From: Eledone cirrhosa
Lineage: Eukaryota
Direction: 5' to 3'
Assembly (NCBI GenBank): GCA_964016885.1
Contig: OZ024743.1
Coordinates: 170,686,001-170,750,000, forward strand
Length of the DNA stretch: 64,000 nucleotides
Positions within the stretch are counted from its first letter, which is position 1. Every line of letters begins with the position of its first letter. Positions 26,901-39,719 of this stretch are shown here, piece by piece. Both the position numbers and the translations under genes were made by a program. Below the pieces are notes generated by a model. The model did no database searches, was not told the DNA's origin, and saw only the letters and a list, made by a program, of their open reading frames with translations.

Positions 26901-27300
26901 ATCTACCCATTTTTCTGCTAACATGATTCCTACCCTACCAAGCCCATTGTCATTTCCCACCCAGAAAAGCTTATTAGCATCGTTTTTTACCCACAATGAA
27001 TCTAGCAGACCCACGCCTCCACCTGGTCTCTTGGATACAGCAAATATCAACCTCCTTACATTCAAGCATTTCTACAACCTCGTGAGGGGGCTGGGGTTGG
27101 GGTTATGTTGGCCATCCGCGGCCGAAACAAAGAGGAGGAGTCCTTGTCTTTTCGTTCGGCAGCATGAGGTGAATTTGTCTTTATCTTTGGCATTGTCACT
27201 CAGTGTCCAGATTTTTTCAGTCTCTCCAGAATTTCCTAGTCCATCCATCATATCGAAAGGCAACCGGAAGAAGTGCTAGCATAGGCCGCTGACTTATGAT
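23987..27300 (-). mobile_element. Near full-length RTE LINE (APE + RT + PHD-like finger), frameshifted
   Basis: ORFs 26270-26884 (APE), 25842-26240, 24687-25625 (RT: FVDLEKAFDRV, LYADDL), 24313-24639; (GAT)n tail at 23987-24008. Confidence 0.95.
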
Positions 27301-27330
27301 TGGTCGAAATAATGGGGTAGTTAGCGAGAA

Positions 27331-27939
27331 GGTTTAAATAAAATCCTCAAAATTTGGGCATAATTGGACAAGCATATAACAGTAATAATCGAATAATATT
27401 TTTAGTACAACCTGACAGAATTATAGAATAGCATATAACAGTAATAAGTGAATAATATTTAGAACAACCTAACAGAATTATAGAATAGCATTGAGATGGA
27501 CCGGGAAATGGAGAGAACGAAAGAAAATGGCATTCTACATTACATTTTCACAGGAGAACGAACAGTGTGACCATTAATAAGATTTGACAAATTCTGAGAT
27601 TTGTACCTGTAACAGGTTTATTTTATATTTGGTGAGAAGGGGGGGGGGGTAAAGATTAGGAGGGGCAAGAAGGCCATTTTATAAACCCTAGGATTTTCGG
27701 CCAAAATTAAATGAACGAGACCGAGGAAGAGGTTATAAAACATCAGAATTTTCGGCCAAAATTAAACAGCGAGATTGTTATTTTAGAAAAACAAACGAGG
27801 TTTAAATAAAATCCTCAAAATTTGGGCATAATTGGACAAGCATATAACAGTAATAATCGAATAATATTAAGTACAATCTGACAGAATTATAGAATAGCAT
27901 ATAACAGTAATAAGCGAATAATATTTAGAACAACCTGAC
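27331..27939. repeat. ~140-bp direct repeat (period ~468 bp) with internal ~58-bp subrepeats, upstream of the RTE
   Basis: ggtttaaataaaatcctcaaaatttgggcataattggacaagc... at 27331 and 27799. Confidence 0.85.
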
Positions 27940-28109
27940 GGTTGTATATATATACATATATAAACAATGAGTTATATGCTTTGTTGATAAGTATTCAGCA
28001 GAGTTATGTGCATAACAGATATGAAGCACTCTACCAATAAACTTTATCTGGAGTATTATAATAATAATAATAGTAATAAATGGAAAATATATCACTATAG
28101 CATCATATT

Positions 28110-28169
28110 TATTTCATTATATATATTTCAAGGATACTAATTTATAGTATGCTTTCATCAGATAAAATA
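28110..28169 (-). ncRNA. Minimal type I hammerhead with intact core
   Basis: UAUUUUAU-CUGAUGA-AAG.AUACUA(UAAAU)UAGUAU.CUU-GAA-AUAUAUAU-A^-AUGAAAUA. Confidence 0.8.
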
Positions 28170-28235
28170 CAATATTTGATGTATAAGATAGTGACATACC
28201 CCCAAAATAGACCTTATAGGGTCAACTTAAAATGT

Positions 28236-28295
<60 letters not shown>

Positions 28296-28297
<2 letters not shown>

Positions 28298-29450
28298 ACC
28301 ACCACCACCAACGTTCAACGTCCGTGTTCCACGCTTGCATGGGTCTGGACGGGGGTTCTCCCACTTGAGGCAAGAGTGATTATCTTGCTCGCACAGGAAT
28401 ATCTGGCGGGTTTTCCACAGCTGGATGCCCTTCCTAACACCAACCACATTTACAGTGTGGGGCTGGGAGGTCTTTACCGTGTTGCCTACACGGCCACATT
28501 ACAGCGTGGACTGTCTGGCGGGTTTTCTACAGCTGGATGCCCTTCCTAACACCAACCACATTTACAGTGTGGGGCTGGGAGGTTTTTACCGTGTTGCCTA
28601 CACGGCCACATTACAGCGTGGACTGTGTGTTTTTTGACGTGACACCTACACGATCTCATTTGTTTCGGCCTGGATGTTGTGGCACCAACATAACTTTACA
28701 TTGAAAGGGGCGGTGTGGATGGGGTGGGGTGTATTTTGTTAGAGATGCCTACTGACTGTAGTAGGTTTTACTTTGTATTTAGGTAACGCGGGTCTTCTCT
28801 ATTACTGAGTACCGCCAAAGGTCTCGGTCCAGTGACATTGTCTTGGAGAGGTGTAAGTGTGTGAGGTCGGAATTTATCAGCTCATCCCAGGTTTTTCTGG
28901 GTCTGCCTATTCCGTGGCTACCGTCTATCTTTATTGCTCTGCACTTTGTTATACAGCTATCGTCCTTCATGCGCATCACGTGACCATACCAACGTAGCCT
29001 TCTCTCGAGTAAACAACATCTGATCCCTCTTATTTCTAATTTTTTCCTTAGTTCGTTTATGCTTTGCCGTTCACGTATATTACTATTACACATCCAGCGG
29101 AGCATGCAAGCTTCGTTTCTCTCTAGTCTGCGTATATCCTCTGCGCACAATGCCCAGGTCTCACTGCCATGCAACATTGCTGTTCGTATGCAGGCATCAT
29201 ACAACCTGCCTTTCATTTTTAGGGAGAACCCTTTAGCGGCTAATAGTGGTATAAGCTCTCTGAACTTTTTCCATCCAGTTCTGACTCTAGCTACTGTACT
29301 TTCAGAGCACCCTTCCTCACTGCTGATTTTGTCACCCAGGTAACGGAAGCTGTCCACTATTTCTATAGAACCCTCTGCGCAGTTGAAAGAGCTAGTATTT
29401 TGTGGGCACTTGCTGCTACTTATTGCACCAGAGCACCGGCCACATGTAAA
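28296..29450 (-). mobile_element. 5'-truncated RTE LINE with duplicated 3' UTR segment
   Basis: ORF 28779-29357 is intact RTE C-terminus; ~111-bp tandem duplication at 28402-28625. Confidence 0.92.
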
Positions 29451-30637
29451 TATATATATATATATATATATACCATGTCATCTATGTAGATAGTTTGAGG
29501 GTCTAAGGTTGAGGGATTACAGGAGAGGGTGGGGCATGGCCTATTATGTAGTGGGGTCATATTCACTGCAGATAATAATAGCTTTGGCTTGATTATATAG
29601 AAACTACATAATATGACAACTGCTGCTTGATAATGTTTGTCTACCCCATTAGGTGGCTATTACAGTCTGGTTGCGAAACCTTAGCTTGGAACAATAGATG
29701 GACTGCGAATGATTTGCCGAATTTGGAAGGTGAGTATGGTTTGTTTGGCAGGAGTCATGGGTACAGGTTGGTGTTCAGTTTAGGATATTTGCTGAGAGTG
29801 AGTAGACTGATCGGAGCAATAATGGTCTTATTTATATATATATAAACTAAGTTATCTCGAATATCAAGTTTGAAGCATGAGTGTAGTAGAATTCATAGAA
29901 TAATGAGAAGAACTCAATTCAAGGAAGCTGTTCAAACAGTAAAATGTCATCAATGACATCGTCGGTTAAAATTTACCTCAAAGGATAGAAATCAGTGGCT
30001 AAATTTTAAATATCCCAAACATCCTTACTCTTTTCTTTAACACCCACCTCTTCATGGACACTAAACTTCCTTCTCCTTCCTTTTCATTCTTATTTTTATT
30101 TTTATTATTACTATTATTCGTATTTTTATTTTTATTTTCATTTTTCATATTTTCATCTTTCTTTGTACTGCCTATCTGACCCCTTTCCCTCTGTTCCGCC
30201 ATCACATACTTTCATCTCCTGTTCCGCCATCACATCCTTTCATCTCCTGTTCCACTATCACCTCTACTCATCTCTGCAATCTCACCCCAACGCCCTCACA
30301 TCACCATATAAATGTCAGTGTCTAGGAACCAGCCAAAACACCACCTCTACCCCACAATCTTTCTTTCACCCCCTTAACTCCTCTCTTCCTTATAATTCTT
30401 CCCCTCACCTATCCCACATACCCAACCATTCCTTCTAGCAAAACCACCAATGAAAATGAAGTAAAACTGACCACCATAAATGAATGAGAATTGTTATATA
30501 CTTTTACAAAACCATAAGAGAATCATTCTGTCATTACCATAACAAAAGTCCAACAAGCTTTTGATTTCAGAGTCGGGCCAGATCGATACAGATCAAGCCT
30601 TGAGTTGATCAATCGCGAAACATGCATCTTACCTCAA

Positions 30638-31198
30638 TCTATAATATAATAAAGGGAGGAGTGCAGGACAGCGCCTGTTTTAAATTTTTTTATCCCATTA
30701 GTAAAATAAGTTGGATTACTTTGAATAAATAATGAATGAATATTATGTAATTTATCTACTAAATTTCGTAGCTTTTGATAAAACATAAATATTCTTATAT
30801 ATAAGATTCACTTCTTTAAAATTTTTAAATGTCAACACTTCAGGTTAGCGTCCATTATATTATAACACTTATTACATCGCTTACATAAACGTTCATATAC
30901 TTGCATCGTTATATAAGGTTTATATTTCCATCACTAATTTTCTCCTTTTTCGTTTACATAACATTTTAGTTTATTATATATGCTGTTTATATATAATATC
31001 GTCTTTTTTTAACGTATCATGGATTACTTTACTGATTACAGAAGAGAGTGTAACACAGACTTCATTCAATTTCTGTGCATATTTTCAATTACGATTTCAT
31101 TTGACGTATCATATCTACATGTATATATATTTGTGTATATCAATATGCACACTACACATGCTAGCAGAAAACCACCCGAAGGGTGGTTTTTCTGCTAG
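30638..31198 (+). mobile_element. Non-autonomous Helitron
   Basis: a|TC at 30638, 3' hairpin ctagcagaaaaccaccc-gaa-gggtggtttttctgctag, CTAG|t at 31198. Flanks rejoin into the repeat seen at 8375-8420 with no TSD. Confidence 0.88.
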
Positions 31199-31232
31199 TA
31201 AACTTAATGAAGATCTGACACTTCATCCTTTT

Positions 31233-31279
<47 letters not shown>

Positions 31280-31282
<3 letters not shown>

Positions 31283-31420
31283 CGTTGTTGGCTTTAGGAA
31301 GGGCATCCAGCTGTAGAAACCAAGCCAGAAACAGTTCTGTATGAGTAAGACATGGTCAAGACAATTCGTCTAACCCAACTAACATGGAAAATAGACATTA
31401 AATGATGATGATGATGATAT
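31280..31420 (+). mobile_element. Short RTE-tail element
   Basis: ttaggaagggcatccagctgtagaaa...catggaaaatagacattaaa(tga)n. Confidence 0.75.
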
Positions 31421-31464
31421 AAATATATGTATGTATCTACATATATATATATTAACATACTTAC

Positions 31465-31661
31465 CCATCTCCATCTCGCTGTTGTCTTGGAGTGAAGAGC
31501 TGGTCATTTTGTTGTTCGATATGTGCAGCAGTGATATTGTTTGCATAATGGCTGGTAATATTGTTGTATCGCTGCTTCATTTTTAAGTCCTCTAATGTAC
31601 TCTTGGTAATGTTGATCTCCAGGATGTACTGTTTACGTTCATCATTGGCTTTATGATATGC
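31465..31661 (-). CDS. CCDC169: Internal exon of the CCDC169-like gene
   Basis: Acceptor aaaattttag, donor gtaagt, 197 bp open (phase 0-2). Encodes AYHKANDERKQYILEINITKSTLEDLKMKQ...RDGD(G), continuing the QESK|AY.K.N.ER..Y..E motif recalled from CCDC169. Confidence 0.88.
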
Positions 31662-31714
31662 CTAAAATTTTAAGGCAGATTATCTTCACTTAAACTATCA
31701 TAGATATGATCTGA

Positions 31715-32030
31715 ATGAAGAATGGTGAAGATCATGGAATGAATCCAAATTTGCCAACCAAGACCTTCCTAGAGAGCAATGAGTGTGCCTTAATCGGATC
31801 TGCACAACACATGCTAGGACAGCCCATCATCTCCATCAATGTAAAATGACAGACAACCCAGGGTGTGACTGTGGGGACCCTGACAGGACAGTGCTGCATG
31901 TTGTTCAAGATTGCCCCCTTAGACATTTTCCCAGTGGTCTAGAGGCAATACATAATACTACTAATGACACCTTAGTCTAGCTCACCAATCTCAATCTGTC
32001 TCTCTAGTAATTGTGCATATGTCATACAAG
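31715..32030 (+). mobile_element. RTE-X-like LINE C-terminal fragment
   Basis: LNRI.T.H.R..H.LH....DNPGCDCG....T..H.VQDCP.R.F..GL..IH zinc knuckle. Confidence 0.7.
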
Positions 32031-32139
32031 AAGTTCACTTAAACTGGCAACATTTTATGGAATTTTTACATGCAATACAAAATTAAAAATAAATAATAGT
32101 AACACATGAAAAGATGTGGAAAATATGGCTATATCTCTT

Positions 32140-33475
32140 GTGTACCTACTGTCTGCATTTGGTGCAATGGATAGAGTTTCTGCCCATTCTTTTCTTTCAT
32201 ATTGAGCAGGGCCATTTCCCAGAGGGGGATCAGGGTTCTGTTTCCTCTACTGCTCACAAGGAGTTTGGTCTTGGACAGGTTGATTTTGAGGTCTTTTGTT
32301 TCCAAGTTGTGCTTCCATCTCTGAAATTTTTTTCTAACTCTGCCATAGACTCGGCTATGAGGGTAAGGTCATTGGAATATAGTAATTCCCACTGGCAACT
32401 GGTCTTAAACTCCTCTTTTATAGCCTGTAGTACGATGATAAAAATGAGACGGCTCAGAACAGAGGCCTGGTGGACACCAACCTGTATGTTAAATTCCTCG
32501 CTATAGTCATTGTTAATCCTAACTTTGCTGACTGCTCCCCTATACATGGCTTGTACAGCCTTCACAAGCTATTCATCAACTCCTAGTTTTCTAAGAGCCC
32601 ACCAGATTATGTCATGGGGCACTCAAAAGCTTTCTCTAGATCAACAAATGCAGGTAGAGTGGTTTACTTTTAGCTAGGTACTTTACCTGTAACTGCTTCA
32701 CCAGAAAGAGAGGAGCATCAGTGGTGCTTTTACCTGGCACAAACCCAAACTGCACTCATCTAGATTTACCCGGTCCCTAATCAACTGTGCTATAACTCTT
32801 TCTGTTACTTTCATGACCTGGTCCATCAGCTTCATGCCTCTATAGTTTCCTCTATCTAGTTTCCTCTATCTACCCTTGTAGCAGTTGAGAATGATGCTGC
32901 TGCGAAAAATCATTTAGTATGACACCATCTAGTATTACTTGGTTTACAATACATGTGGTTAAGGTATGACCTACCGACCCAGATGCTTTAAGCATCTTGG
33001 AACCTATTCTTGATAGACCAGCTGCTTTCCTGGTCTTCATATCCTTAATTGCCTTACTACACTGCTGCTGACTTGTACTGCTGGGCCCTCTATGGGATCC
33101 TCTTGGGGTAGGGTCTCTTTCTCCTATGCATTCTCCTCATTTAGTAATCTTTCATTATGGCTTTCCATGCAGCTTTCTTCTTGGCACTTGTGAGGGCAAG
33201 TGCACCTTTATCATCTCGGACACACTTCTCTCCAATGACATCACAATTCTCTCAGACACACTGCCTCGCAATCCTGAACAACTCCTGTTTCTGGTTTTCA
33301 TGCTACAAAACATGCTTGAATTTTCTATCCTCTGCTTCTCTTCTAGTGTCCCTTCTCATCTCTATGTAGTGTACTCTGCTTCTTCCATTCTTCCTTTGTT
33401 TCCATGCCTGTCTCTTGGCCTTAATTGTCTCATTCTACCTTATTGTTCCTCCACCAAGTCACTCTCCTTCTCCCT
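32140..33475 (-). mobile_element. Degenerate RTE LINE central fragment
   Basis: VGVHQ.SVLS..., WELLY.NDL and upstream linker motifs. Confidence 0.88.
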
Positions 33476-33479
33476 GTAG

Positions 33480-34860
33480 TTTTGCTCTGGTATAACTCAA
33501 TATAACTACGCAATGAAAACTAATCTACCCTTAGTATGCTTTAATCTAACAGATACACACTTCCTAAAGTCACACAAATATCGCAAAATTTGCAATAGGA
33601 AGATTATTAGGCTATCGTATTCTACTGCAGCAAATATAGAAACATACATAAAAAAACTCAACTCAGGACTAATTTCCAAAAATATTAATACACATACTAC
33701 TAGCATAACCACTAATAACAAACACAACATTATAACTACATCACAGCCTGCTGATTGACGTTCCGCAATGTACCTATGTCACCTAAACAAACCAGTATCT
33801 CAGCCCGATAAAGGGCATACATCAGGTTGTAATTTGGAGCCAGTACATAGAAAAGCTACCAGATAGATGTCCCCTACAGAACAAATGCATGGAATCTAAT
33901 TTAGTTTATCTATGTACCATAAAATCAGGTGACCAGGTAGGTTCTACAGCAAAATATTCAAGAAACGGTGGTATGTGCATAGACACTCAATAAAAAACCG
34001 CAAACTCAGGAACACAACAACTATGGCCAGTAAAATTTGGCAACTTGGGAATAATGAACAGGAATACCAAATATTTTGGAGTTTATTAACCACAGCCAAG
34101 GTGCACACACATGGGATTGGTCCATGCAGATTATGTAGTGTGGAATTACTCCATATTTTACAATGTAATAATAACTTATTAAATAGCAAGATATAGTGCA
34201 CAATATTGACATACAAGTGCTAACATGTTCATAAACTACAAACCACAATAGATGTGATTCGATCCACCGTCCTCACAGTTTATATATAAATATTTTACAT
34301 CTCCCAGACGTTTCATACTTAAGAAAGTGTGGCACCATGAATAACATTAACTACCCTGATCACACATATGGAATCTTCTTATCTATCACTATTTCAACAG
34401 CAGCATAAAAAAAAAACACTTGAACAAACATACTATGCCAGAACTAAGCCAAAATGGACTAGAACACTTGACCAATCAGATGTAAGTGAAATTGACCGCT
34501 TCTAGCCACACCCATCTAAAACCTACTAGCATGCTCCGTATTTTTTTTGTTTTAATTTTCTTTTATTATATATTTTTTAGGCTCCTCTATCCTTTTATGT
34601 TTATATTATCCCTATCTCCCCCCCCCCCAAGAATATAATTTTCTCTCAGTTTATTTTATTTTTCATTTTGATGTTTATGTTATTTACACAAATCAGTATT
34701 CTGAAGATTTGGTCAGGTATCAATTGTAATTAAAATCAAGTGACAGCATTTTACGAACAGCCATTTTTTTAGACACTGGTGTGACTAATGAAACATTTGT
34801 TAATACTTTGAATCAACCCTATTGTACAGCCAATCCATGTTATTCTTCACTCATTTACTA
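33480..34860 (+). mobile_element. Penelope-like element 3' region (GIY-YIG plus pLTR)
   Basis: HKYRKI.NR..I.LSYST..NI and H..S.....LRN.T..ASKIWQL....I.W.....CRLC motifs; hammerhead at 34695; ends at (TA)n. Confidence 0.8.
34695..34807 (+). ncRNA. Type I hammerhead with long stem II
   Basis: AGUAUU-CUGAAGA-U.UUGGUCA...UGACUAA.U-GAA-AC(AUUU)GU-U^-AAUACU; perfect 6-bp stem I. Confidence 0.72.
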
Positions 34861-34944
34861 TATACGTATATATATATATATATATATATATACACGTAAT
34901 TTTTATATAGGTATGTAAATGTATATGTGTATATATTTTAAAAA

Positions 34945-37260
34945 AAACTACCAACCACCTACCAATCAGGCAAGCACATAAGCCAGATTGACTTCTTGCT
35001 AGTTAGGCAATGAGACAGACAGATGGTTTTGAATACTAGGCATACCCTGAGTAAGAATGTACCTCCCAACATAGGTTAGTTGTTAGTTATATCTCGATAA
35101 GCAAGAGACAGAATGAGATACACAGGAAGGTATGGAAAAGGAAGGTCTGGAAGCTAAAGGACCTTTCACTAAAATAATTTAGGAAACCCCTTCAAGATGT
35201 GTATGACGAGAAAAAGATGAATTAGAATTGCATGACAAAGATGATAACTGGAAGTTCTTACATGACAACTTACTGCAGGCTACTTGTGGCTGGAACAAAG
35301 CTCCAACCAGACAGAGGGTGACCTGGTGGTGGAACAGCACGGTAGATAGAGTCATTAAAGACAAAAGACAAGCATGGAAGGCTTGGGAAAATGGTAGGAG
35401 TAGAGATTGATACACAGCCGCTAAAAGAGAGGCTAGACATCAGGTATGCAGGGAAGCTGAGAGTAGGAGGTTTGCGGCGAGAAGATCAGATATGTGCAGT
35501 GTTATGCATTGCAAGGCAGTGTGTCAGTGAAAATCAGGATGTTGTTGGAGATAAGCGTGTCCGAAATGATGCTGGTGCACTTAGTGTCACTGATGTTCAG
35601 AAAAAGGAGGCCTAGAAATGTCATTATGAGAGTCAGATGAATGTTGAGAATGAATAGAAGAAAGAGAAACTACCCCCAGTAGACCCGACAGAGGTACAAG
35701 CTATTGAGATTGACGACTATAGGGTCAAAGAAGCAATTAAGGAAATGAACCATCAGAGATAGTTGCTGAGATGCTGAAGGCATCAGGAGAAGTAGGAATT
35801 AAACTAGTTGCACGCATAGTCAACCAAGCTATATATGGCAGAGTCATACCCAAGAACAGGTGCAGCAGTATTCTTATAAATTGCTACAAAGGTAAAGGGG
35901 ATGCTCTGGAGAGGAGCAATTATAGGGGCATAAAACTGATGGATCAGGTTATGAAAGTGACAGAAAGAATGTTAGCACAACTAATTAGAAAAAGAGTCAA
36001 ATTAGATGAGATGTAGTTTTGTTTTGTGCCTGGGAAAAGTACAAGAGAGGTTCTTAGAGAAGAATAAGCCACTATACTTAGCTTTTGTCTGGTGGTCTCT
36101 AAGGAAATTAGGTGTAGAGGAATGGCTTGTGACGGCAGTGCAAGCTATGTACAGGGGTGCTGTTAGTAAAGTCAGAGTAGGAATGGAATTTAGTGAGGTA
36201 TTCCAGATGCAAGTAGGAGTTCATCACGGTTCGGTCCTCAGCCCACTCTTATTCATTATAGTCCTCCAAGCCATAACAGAGGAGTTTAAGACTGGCTGCC
36301 CATGGGAACTTCTCTATGTTTACAATCTGGTAGTTATAGCAGAATCAGTAGAGGAGCTAGAGAAGAAATACTGGCTATGGAAACAGTAGTTGGAATCAAG
36401 AGGACTGAGAGTGAACCTAGTTAAGACTAAAGTGTTGATAAGTAGGAAAGACAAAACTCTGATTCCATCAGGGAAATGGCCATGTCCGATAAGTAGAAAA
36501 GGAGTTGGCATAAATTCTATAAAATGTACACAATGCAGATCTTGGGTACACGAGATGTAGTGGGATAGCAGGCAAACTAACAGGTAGGGAAAACTACATA
36601 TGCAGTAAATGTACAGGGAAATTTGATAGTAGAAGTGGCAGTGATAGACACATTTTTCAAATGCAGGTAGGATCTATAGAGGTGGTTGATAGCTTCCGAT
36701 ACCTGGGTGATCAGATTAACAAGGGAGGAGGGTGTTCTGAGGCCATAGTAACTAGAATAAGGACAGGTTGGAAGACGTTTAGGGAGTTTCTTCCTCTGTT
36801 GACAAAGAAGGGTTTCTCCCTATGAACAAAAGGTCGGTTATATGATGCCTGTGTGAGATGTGCAATGCTTCATGGTAGTCGGACATGGGCAGCAACTGCG
36901 GAGATATGCAACGGCTGGAGAGAAATGAAGCAAGCATACTCCAATGGATATGCAATGTCAATGTGTGTGAACGACTAGGCAAATACGGGTTGAGAGAGAA
37001 ACTGTGTATAAGAGGGATAAACTGTAGTGTGCATTGGTATGGACATGTGATGCGCATAGAGGATGACCGCTGGGTAAAGAAGTGCCAAGAAGTCCCAGTG
37101 GAAGGAAGATGCAGTACAGGAACACCTCGAAAATCATGGGTGGAGGTGGTGAGAGCTGACCTCAGAGGAGATGACGAAGGACCTTGACGAATGTAGGGAT
37201 ACTGTGCTGAAACGGATCCATCCCACCTTGACAAAAATGATGATGATGATGATAATGATA
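34945..37260 (+). mobile_element. RTE LINE (APE end to 3' tail), decayed
   Basis: Fragmented ORFs 35228-37187 with RT, finger and WYGHVMR; (GAT)n at 37238-37258. Confidence 0.92.
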
Positions 37261-38330
37261 TATATCGATGACGCATGACCTTGATCTCTGCTGCTATACA
37301 GAAACTCGCCCTCCCATATGCAGAAGCTGAGGCATACATCTAGTAGGCACCACCTTCCCTACCATCACCCCTTTCATACACCTCCCACATTGTAATCGCC
37401 CCATTCCTTTATCTACCTCCATAACTTCCCATTCACCCCCCCCCCCAGTCCCCAATCTACAACATAAAGCAGCCATCCTGGTGCCATGACAATAAACGCT
37501 CAGTCCACACTGTAAAGTCGCGGTGTAGGTGCCACAACAAAAAGCACCCACAATATAAAGTGTTCATGTTGGTGACACAACAAAAAGTGCTCAGCCCACA
37601 CTATAGTGGTTGTGTAAGAGTTACAATAAAAAGCACCCAGTCCACACTGTAAAGTGGTCATACTATAAATGTGGTGGGCGTTTGGAAGGTCATCCAGCTG
37701 TAGAAACCAAACCAAAATCAGTTCTGTTTGAGCAAAACATGGTCCGCTGACCTGGCTGTCTCACCACGGGACAACTGATCTAACCCATGCTAACATGCAA
37801 AATGGATGGTAAATGATGATTGTCAACTGCTACAAGGGTAAAGGAGACACTCTAGAGAGAAGTAACTACAGAGGCATAAAGCTGACTGACCAGGTCTCTC
37901 ATTTAAGATAAAAGGCAAGCTGTACAATGCCTGCGTGCGCTCAGCAATGCTACATGGTAGTGAAATATGGGTTCTGCATGCCAAGGACTTATGGAGGCAT
38001 ATATGGTGAGATGGATGTGTAACAGAAGTGTATGTGAGCGACAGAGTGTTAGTATATTAAAAGTGTAGCTGGGTATAAGAGGGATCAAATGCTGTGTGCA
38101 ATAGAGAAAACTGCAGTGGTATAGTCACGTGATGTGCATGAAGGATGTCAGCTGCTTGAAGAGGTTTAGGGCTTTAAAAGTTGCAGGAGGCACCAAGAGA
38201 GGAAGACATAGGAAGAAATGATAAGGGCAGACCTGACTCAACTAAATCTCACAATGGGGATGACACAGGACTGAGCCCTCTGGCACTACAATGTTCAACA
38301 AAAGACCCATTCCAACAACTCAACATCAGA
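37260..38330 (+). mobile_element. RTE 3' UTR and C-terminal fragments
   Basis: UTR motif ggaagg.catccagctgtagaaa; LHGSE.W and WY.HV remnants. Confidence 0.75.
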
Positions 38331-38344
38331 CACAGATTGAAATG

Positions 38345-39600
38345 GTGCCACCCAGCCCTACACTGCCAACAAGTTTCTTTGTGGCCATCCAGTGCGAGAA
38401 CCCAGAAGCAAAATGTGATCTTTTGATGGCTTGTCATGTGGAGAGTGCTGCAGTTTCATTGCATGGAAGAGAGCCCAGTTCCCAAACTGGTATAACGCTA
38501 TGAGAGGGGTTCGACATGGTGGTGTCATCCAGCGCCGGGCCCCCAAAACGGTGTTCCTGCTGTGAGCCAGGCTCCCATACTGTGGTTCTGTACCTACCTT
38601 TCTCAGAGCAGCGTCATCTGGTGGTTTAGTATTGAGAAGAGTTTGTTGTGTGGAAAGTACCCAGGCCAAAACTGGGATGCCACTGTGGGAGGGGTTTGGT
38701 GCGGCCAAATTGGCCTGTCCCTTCACATAGTGCTGTCATCCAGTACTGGGTTAAAAAAAAAAATAACTTATGTTCCTACTGTACCCTGGTCCCACATCTA
38801 CGCCTCCCCCATAGTGACGCCATCCAGTGTCAAGCTCCTAAACTATGGTTATGCTACAAGATGGGTACGGTACAGCCAGTTGACCTGTCCCTCTTCATGG
38901 TGGTGCCATCCAATACTAGGCCATGAAACTGGCAACACTGTGAGATGGGTTAGGCTCCTCATATCGGTGCCATCCAGTACTGGGTCCCTACTTGCCACTT
39001 TGGTGTCAACAGGGCCAGGTTCCACAGTGAGATGGGTTTAACATGGTCAACTGGCCTGTCCCTCCTCATAGTGGAGTCACGTGGCACCTAATACCTGAAC
39101 TGAGGGTTTGTTGTGTGAAGGGTTTGGCGCGGCCAACTGGCTTGTCCCTCCTCATAGCAGTGCCATCCAGTCCCAGGCTGCTGGGGTCTGGTTTCGCATT
39201 GAGAAGTGTTTGGCGTGGCCAACTAGCCTGTCCCTCCTTATAGTGGTACCTCTGGTCCCTTCACATAGTGGTACCATCCAACGCCAGGCCCCCAAACTGT
39301 TATTCCGCACCTGCCCCCCCCCCTCATAGCAGTGCCATCGAGTACTGGGCCTAAAACGCATGAATGCGGCCAACTTTCCACCCCTCCTCATAGCAGTGCC
39401 ACTCACTACTGGGGTCCAAAGCTGTGGCTACACTGTGAGATGGGTCTAGGCTCCTCATATGAGTGCCATCTGGTACTGGGCTCCAAAACTATGGTTCCAC
39501 TGTGTGATGGGTTGGGTTCTGAAAACATGGTTCCGTTGTGAGGGGTTCAACATGGCCAACTGGCCTGTCCCTCCTCATAACAGAGCCATCCAGTTCCATA
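38345..39600 (+). repeat. Degenerate ~70-85-bp tandem array inside an RTE-type 3' UTR
   Basis: Recurring ggccaactggcctgtccctcctcatagyrgtgccatccagtactggg...aaaactrtggttcc..tgtgaga.gggtt, more than 12 units. Confidence 0.8.
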
Positions 39601-39719
39601 CTGTAAATGTGGTTGATGTTAAGAAGGGCATCCAGCTGTAAAATACCCAGCCAAATTTACAGTCCTCGCCGTAGCAAGGTGCGACACATGGCCAACCCTC
39701 ACCAGACTTGCCTTCTGGA

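Noticed and set aside
29470-30480. Possible additional retroelement fragment
   Set aside because: No diagnostic motif recognised; left unannotated
38345-39600. CRISPR-like array, or the 159-aa ORF at 38562-39041
   Set aside because: Units are degenerate along their whole length, with no invariant repeat or unique spacer; eukaryotic retroelement context; no cas genes
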